This document shows positions 58,736 to 64,000 of a stretch of DNA of 64,000 nt, one piece after another. Both the position numbers and the translations under genes were made by a program. Position 1 is the first letter of the stretch, and the number at the start of each line of letters is the position of its first letter. The DNA comes from a virus: the IMG/VR virus record IMGVR_UViG_3300020470_001313, positions 64,001-128,000 of that record; one strand, written 5' to 3'. The notes beneath the pieces are model-generated. The model saw only the letters and a program-made list of their open reading frames with translations, had not been told where the DNA came from and did not search any database.

Positions 58736-60709
58736 TCAGAAACACGCCATATTATTGAGGTCACCAGCGTTATCAATAGTAACTGGGGTAACCACAGCAG
58801 GGACTACGGCATACTGCTCAGGGTTAAGATTATTTAGCGGAATTGTAGCAGGTGGAAGGGTTCCAATCGGTACAACCGTGATATCAGGTGTCGGAAGTGA
58901 AATAATAGTACCAGGGGTATCTGGTCTTACTTCCGATGGGTTTTGTGGAATAACTTGAACTGGTAATTTACCGCCACCAGGAGGATTATCTATAGCAACA
59001 GGTCCGAAACAAACCTTTCCTGTCAGATAATTAATGCTTCCAGCAGCATTATTGGTATAAATCTTGCTTGAACCACTATTATAGTAAGTTCTCAAATTAC
59101 CAAATCCATCATCTTCAAAATATTGAACTACAGTTGGTCTATCTGTAGTAATAAATTCTCCAGATCTAATGATTGGTTCTTTATAACAAGTAGAACCGCT
59201 ACCACCAGTTCCATCACCACTATCATTAGAAGGATTTGAATCATACAATGGTTGTCCAAAGTCAATACAGTAAGTGTCAACTGCACTGGTATTGGCATTC
59301 ATTATCATATAACGCATCAATGTAGTTTGTACAGATGCTGAGTCAATAGAAGAATCTGCTAATCCGATTGCTTTATTGAATTTAGATAATGAGAATGAAG
59401 ATTCAAAGTTGTTAATATTCTCCTGAGCAGCATATTGCTCAATAGCACCTAACACAAGAGACTGTAATTCTGAAATACTCTTACTGGTCTTAGTTGGGTC
59501 GTAGAGTACAAATAAGTTATTGGAGACATAAAGGAATGATGGGTCAATAATGACTGGTTCAATGGATGCCATTGAATATGCCCTTAAATCCTTTGCAATT
59601 GACAATTTTGTCGCATTATTGAGTAAATTTCCCGTTTTTGTCTTAATTGCGACGTAAACTTTACCATAAACAGGTGGATCTAGCTCATCTCCACCAAAAG
59701 CAATGACACTTTCGGCATTTGAGTAAACTTTTTTGGTAATAATTGAATAATCTTGTGATGTTACCGCCCTAAGTTGGGTCGTATAGTCCCTAGGAGCAGT
59801 GTATTTGATAGACTCAATGGATTCAACAGAATCACCAAATTGAGACCTCTCATTGACCGTTAGACCTGTTTCTACGATGCTATCAATTGTTCTACCATAC
59901 TGGTCTTCAAGTTCTCCAACAAAATCAAAATCCTGAACGTCATTAGCAGCAGCTTCATGACTCTTGACATAGGAAATGTTAATAACTTCACCATCTTGGA
60001 GTTTTCTTCCAATGACTCCATCACCAAAAATGATCTCATACCTTTGATCTTCAGTTTCACTAAGGAAATAGACCCTAGAGTCTGCTTTAATGTTCGTTAC
60101 GTCCTCACCAAGCACATAAACGTCCTCTTGGGTGGACTGAGCATTAGGTTTAACAGTAATCCTAAGTGTAGAAGTATCAACTTTATCAGTTGGGATCAAA
60201 TATTTCTGTTTTTTGAAGGATGACACCGTATATCTATAAGTTAAGATGCTTCCTTCGTAAATTACGGTCTTATTGAACGTTGCAACCCCATTAATGTCAG
60301 TAGTAGCATTAACATCCTCAAGTACATTGAATGTATATGCTCCACCAGTTGCCGTAATACCTTTTTTTAGTGACACATACTGAGGATAGGCATCATTCAA
60401 CAATTCTGTTTGTACAGTGAACGATACACACGCTTTTGCTGCCCTAGAAGACCTTGGAGTATAATTTAGTGTCTTTGCTAAACTTACAACGTTATCCCTG
60501 ACTGTAGCGGATGAGAGAAAGGTCTCATTAACCGCCATGTTAGCATTAAATGCTGTATAGTAAGTATTATAAGCAAGAACATCAACCAAATACGACAGAG
60601 TAGACCCCTCAAAGTCATAATCCGTAAACTCATCACGAGTCCTTAGATAATCTTTGATTGAACTCTTAATAGAGTCAAAATCCATTGCTGTAAGGTTATT
60701 TGGAATCAT
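58736..60709 (-). CDS. gp6: Baseplate wedge subunit
   Basis: DFDSIKSSIKDYL...FTDYDFEGS...LAYNTYY, FGDGVIG, RAVTSQDY, YGKVYVAIK. Confidence 0.96.
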   Translation of the reverse strand: MIPNNLTAMDFDSIKSSIKDYLRTRDEFTDYDFEGSTLSYLVDVLAYNTYYTAFNANMAVNETFLSSATVRDNVVSLAKTLNYTPRSSRAAKACVSFTVQTELLNDAYPQYVSLKKGITATGGAYTFNVLEDVNATTDINGVATFNKTVIYEGSILTYRYTVSSFKKQKYLIPTDKVDTSTLRITVKPNAQSTQEDVYVLGEDVTNIKADSRVYFLSETEDQRYEIIFGDGVIGRKLQDGEVINISYVKSHEAAANDVQDFDFVGELEDQYGRTIDSIVETGLTVNERSQFGDSVESIESIKYTAPRDYTTQLRAVTSQDYSIITKKVYSNAESVIAFGGDELDPPVYGKVYVAIKTKTGNLLNNATKLSIAKDLRAYSMASIEPVIIDPSFLYVSNNLFVLYDPTKTSKSISELQSLVLGAIEQYAAQENINNFESSFSLSKFNKAIGLADSSIDSASVQTTLMRYMIMNANTSAVDTYCIDFGQPLYDSNPSNDSGDGTGGSGSTCYKEPIIRSGEFITTDRPTVVQYFEDDGFGNLRTYYNSGSSKIYTNNAAGSINYLTGKVCFGPVAIDNPPGGGKLPVQVIPQNPSEVRPDTPGTIISLPTPDITVVPIGTLPPATIPLNNLNPEQYAVVPAVVTPVTIDNAGDLNNMACF

Positions 60710-61128
60710 TATTCCGCCCGTTGTAAAATAAAGTCTATAGTCTGCGTTAGAGGTTGACCGACAATACGATATTCAACGTCTACTCGTAGTTCATGATAAT
60801 CATCTAGTGCTGTTATCTCAACACTAATAACTTCTACCCTAGGTTCAAAGTTCCTAAGAGTATTGGTAATTTCATCTTGTAGTGTATCAACTGTAAATGC
60901 ATCTAAAGGTTCAAACAATAATTGATATACTTTAGAACCAACCTCTGATTGAAATAATTTCTCTCCTGGTGATGTTAGAACTAAGTTTTTCATTGCTTGT
61001 TTAATGGCATTAGCATTCTTCAAAACAATAAGGTCTTTCGTAACTGGATTCTTTGCAAAAGAGTTTGCAAGATCCTGAAAACTACGAGAGACCTTAAGGT
61101 TCTTTGATGTTATTGTCTTTAGTGCCAC
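60709..61128 (-). CDS. gp25: Baseplate wedge subunit / sheath initiator
   Basis: AIKQAMKNLVLTSPGEKLF...G...LLFEP...NFEPRV. Confidence 0.95.
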   Translation of the reverse strand: MALKTITSKNLKVSRSFQDLANSFAKNPVTKDLIVLKNANAIKQAMKNLVLTSPGEKLFQSEVGSKVYQLLFEPLDAFTVDTLQDEITNTLRNFEPRVEVISVEITALDDYHELRVDVEYRIVGQPLTQTIDFILQRAE

Positions 61129-61415
61129 TATACGCTATAAAATGTATACTTTAAAGTTAACTCCTCCATTGGACCTATCGGTTTTATTACTTGTATAAAG
61201 TATCTTCCATTCTCAAATTCATACTTTGCACAATTAGGATTATCACTGTGATTAATAAAACCACCTAACGGAGTGCGTATAATTTCATCATCTAATATAA
61301 TGTGAGATAAACCAAGATTGGTTCCAATTGCAAGGTCTTTTCTTGTGAAAATTCCTTGACCAGCAACAGGACTCTCCTTAACGAAGAGCCCATCTGGTAA
61401 AGCTTGATATGTCAC
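61128..61415 (-). CDS. Minimal SET-domain protein (putative lysine methyltransferase)
   Basis: S..AGQGIF (motif I), FINHSDNPNC (NHS), I.PMEELTLKY (pseudoknot EELxxxY). Confidence 0.85.
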   Translation of the reverse strand: MTYQALPDGLFVKESPVAGQGIFTRKDLAIGTNLGLSHIILDDEIIRTPLGGFINHSDNPNCAKYEFENGRYFIQVIKPIGPMEELTLKYTFYSV

Positions 61416-61435
61416 TTTATCATTATATCTCTTTT

Positions 61436-61443
61436 TATTTATG
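61436..61443 (-). promoter_or_regulatory. Late promoter CATAAATA overlapping a stop codon
   Basis: GCA-TAA-ATA, about 21 nt before the SET gene's GTG start. Confidence 0.6.
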
Positions 61444-61573
61444 CACCTTGCCCACGATACTTCTTTTTTGCATGATTTCTACTTGTTGCAGCAAGTTTAG
61501 TATTCTTAGATTTGCCCTGCCTAGTCTTTTTCGCTGGAGGTGCTGAATAAGTTGAATTGTTATAAAGTGCCAT
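61439..61573 (-). CDS. 44-aa Lys/Arg-rich peptide
   Basis: Below the ORF-track cutoff; MALYNNSTYSAPPAKKTRQGKSKNTKLAATSRNHAKKKYRGQGA exactly fills the gap between PAAR and SET. Confidence 0.8.
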   Translation of the reverse strand: MALYNNSTYSAPPAKKTRQGKSKNTKLAATSRNHAKKKYRGQGA

Positions 61574-61576
61574 TAA

Positions 61577-62071
61577 TTAAGGACCGATCATTACGTTTGG
61601 ACTACCCTGAGCAATAACAGAAAGGCATGGTGGACCTAATTGATCACCAACCTTACCCATTGCTAATTTATTAGCAAAAACTGTCTTTGTGGTGGCATGC
61701 ATAACCCTTGTATGACCAATACCTTTCTTATCTTCAGAAGCAAGCATACTACAATTACATGTTTTAGGTCTAGGTGGTGTTTTACCACAAGGACCAACCA
61801 TAATAATGTTAGTACTAGATGCTCTATGCACTGTTAATACGTCCTTATCCAATATTGGTAAGATACCATTAACAAAAACATTTCTCACATAAGGGGCAAA
61901 TGGTGCTAATACAGTAGGTGGCCAAAAACAAACAGCATTCTTAACCGCTACAGATTTAGTGCTACATGTTAAACAAGTAGTACCACAACCAAACCAACCA
62001 TGAATGTGTCCACTAATGGCTACACCATGACCAGAACAGTTTCCTCTATAAATCGCCGCAGGGACTCCCAT
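61577..62071 (-). CDS. PAAR / T4 gp5.4-like spike-tip protein with Cys-rich insertions
   Basis: GHG...WPPTV...VFVNG...D.LTVH...GH...TVFAN...VGD...C..VIAQGSPNVMIG. Confidence 0.85.
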   Translation of the reverse strand: MGVPAAIYRGNCSGHGVAISGHIHGWFGCGTTCLTCSTKSVAVKNAVCFWPPTVLAPFAPYVRNVFVNGILPILDKDVLTVHRASSTNIIMVGPCGKTPPRPKTCNCSMLASEDKKGIGHTRVMHATTKTVFANKLAMGKVGDQLGPPCLSVIAQGSPNVMIGP

Positions 62072-62080
62072 ATTATACTC

Positions 62081-64000
62081 CTAGGTACACTTAAAGTCAA
62101 ATGGATTACCAGCTTTGTCACAAGCTTGTCCAAATAGATAAGCACTATTAGTCAAATCGTTATAGACTTTGATTGATCCTTCAACATTAAAAGCTTTACA
62201 TCCTTCACCAAATGGACCACTTATAGTTGAACTATATGTGGTATTTCCACTATTACCTGGTTGTCCAGATGTACCAAAACAATCACCCTGAGTATTATCA
62301 CCACAACCACGAGGATTTAATGGTTCCCATGCTAACTTGACGTTTATATTAGCAGTTACTCTGGAATCGGGTATATATTGCCTCAATAGGTATTTAGTAT
62401 ACGCAGAGGCACATGGAAGGTCATAGAAACTACCATGAACAGTACGTACTTCCTCTTTATCAAATTTGACTAATTTCTTGCCTGAAGACGTTACTTCGGG
62501 TGATTCTGAGTTTAATTCTATGAATTCATCCTTACGAATCTTGTCAGCATCAACAAAATCTTGCATTGTACTTGCTTGAGACGCAAATCCACCTGCTCTG
62601 AGTCCTTCTCCCATTCTTTCATCCAAAGTTCGCCATCTTAAATCTTCCATGTCCTCTCTATCAGGCAAAGCACGTCCTACTCGCTCAGTTCTGATCACAT
62701 TTGGTAAGCGTTTTAGGTCTTTTACCTCATTTTGTTGGTATTGATGCGTAACATCAGTGTAAGGAGCTTGCGCCATACCCTTTCTAATGTCTTCCATCGT
62801 CAAATTTGTCTGAAAATACAGTCTGTCTAGTCCATCTGGCATATCATCTGCGGCACGTTGCATTATTCTCTTGTAATGCTCGTAATCATTGACCTCAACA
62901 CCCTCAGTATTGTAATCTTTTGGTGATAATCCACTCGCAGTCACACTATCAACGAAGACTTTATCGCTAAAACGTGGTATTGACGTAATTTCTGGCCGTG
63001 CTAACGCTTCATTTAGCGGTTCATTAGCAGGATCTTCCTCATATGTGGTACTTGCTGAGTAAAGTTTCTGTTTTATCTCCTTATGAGTCATCGGAATTGC
63101 AATATCAATCTGTTCACCTTGCGGATACATGGATCCACTGGATTTAACCTCTAAAGATGATAAAACTCCATTACTAAATTCATAGTCTATGACTGCATCT
63201 ATCCCAGTTTCCTTTAAAGGAGTAGCAATTGTTACTATTGGTTTGCTATTTAACTTATTCCAACCCATACCACCATCAGCAATCTTCATAGATTTGATTT
63301 GTCCATTCACAATTTCTATATTAGTGATATCTGCTCTTGTTTTTATTGCTGGACCTGTGTTAGTTCCTGTACATGTACTGCTAACTGTGAAAGAAGTACC
63401 ATTAACTGCGGTAATATATGAGTTTTCCGCAAAAAATGCTGCTCTAAAATTGTATCCTACCTTAATCCACTGCGTATCTCCACCATTGACTAGTGTAACT
63501 GTACTACTTCCTTGAGTAACCATTACATCAACTGTCTTTTTACACGAAGGTTGGCGGTAATCATTGAAAGAATTAGGTTGTCTATTCAAGTCTGCGGTCA
63601 TATATTGCATAGACTTGTTACGAAATTCAAAGAGACCACCTAAAAATGCGCGATCTGGAATGCCAAATCCCGCTAAAACCGTAATTTGATTGCCTCTTGA
63701 GGTCGTATATGTGGTATCTTTCGCAAAATCACTACCATCTCCGCTTATTTCCGCAATATGATAGTTAAAATTGAGATCCATGTGCTTCACTTTCTCAATA
63801 ATATGCCCATTTACGGTATCTGCTGCGTTTAAAAGCGCATAATTTGCGTAAGGATTACTTGTTTGTATGTCACCAATAGCAGTAACTGCGAAATTAAAGT
63901 CAATACTACCAGCACCACCTATAGGTATAGACAAATTAAAGTTATCACCTACCTGATAATTAACACCAGCATTCATTAATTCGTCAATATAGATTGTACT
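62081..64000 (-). CDS. Large putative structural protein, partial (starts beyond the right edge)
   Basis: Frame stays open from 63976 to 64000; Gly-rich beta modules and a Cys-containing C-terminus; directly upstream of PAAR. Confidence 0.75.
   Translation of the reverse strand, partial: STIYIDELMNAGVNYQVGDNFNLSIPIGGAGSIDFNFAVTAIGDIQTSNPYANYALLNAADTVNGHIIEKVKHMDLNFNYHIAEISGDGSDFAKDTTYTTSRGNQITVLAGFGIPDRAFLGGLFEFRNKSMQYMTADLNRQPNSFNDYRQPSCKKTVDVMVTQGSSTVTLVNGGDTQWIKVGYNFRAAFFAENSYITAVNGTSFTVSSTCTGTNTGPAIKTRADITNIEIVNGQIKSMKIADGGMGWNKLNSKPIVTIATPLKETGIDAVIDYEFSNGVLSSLEVKSSGSMYPQGEQIDIAIPMTHKEIKQKLYSASTTYEEDPANEPLNEALARPEITSIPRFSDKVFVDSVTASGLSPKDYNTEGVEVNDYEHYKRIMQRAADDMPDGLDRLYFQTNLTMEDIRKGMAQAPYTDVTHQYQQNEVKDLKRLPNVIRTERVGRALPDREDMEDLRWRTLDERMGEGLRAGGFASQASTMQDFVDADKIRKDEFIELNSESPEVTSSGKKLVKFDKEEVRTVHGSFYDLPCASAYTKYLLRQYIPDSRVTANINVKLAWEPLNPRGCGDNTQGDCFGTSGQPGNSGNTTYSSTISGPFGEGCKAFNVEGSIKVYNDLTNSAYLFGQACDKAGNPFDFKCT

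Overview
This window is part of a T4-like marine cyanophage (cyanomyovirus) genome, probably infecting Prochlorococcus or Synechococcus; all credible genes are on the minus strand. In transcription order (right to left) it contains: a partial structural gene, an extended PAAR/gp5.4 spike tip, a 44-aa basic peptide, a minimal SET-domain protein, gp25, gp6, a giant 9,242-aa gp7-like baseplate protein, YHYH- and cupredoxin-domain structural proteins, gp8, a DUF4815/VrlC-like protein, a 2,452-aa fibre, and gp13, gp14, gp15 and gp16. An accessory island follows (petE, petF, thermonuclease, 2OG-Fe(II) oxygenase, small membrane proteins) with its own sigma70-type promoter, then the 5' part of gp17. 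Two features stand out. (1) The repeats in gp7 and in the fibre are recursively nested rather than tandem. By-eye parsing gives fully balanced, branching bracket structures: 20 + 6 modules in gp7 (up to 8 deep) and an 8-layer stack in the fibre. (2) Three membrane-protein-like ORFs lie in the +1 frame inside the fibre gene, exactly where the fibre's synonymous codon usage shifts, suggesting hidden overprinted genes, possibly a lysis or exclusion cassette. No tRNA, CRISPR array, intron, intein or mobile element was recognised. All family calls come from motif recognition, not database searches.
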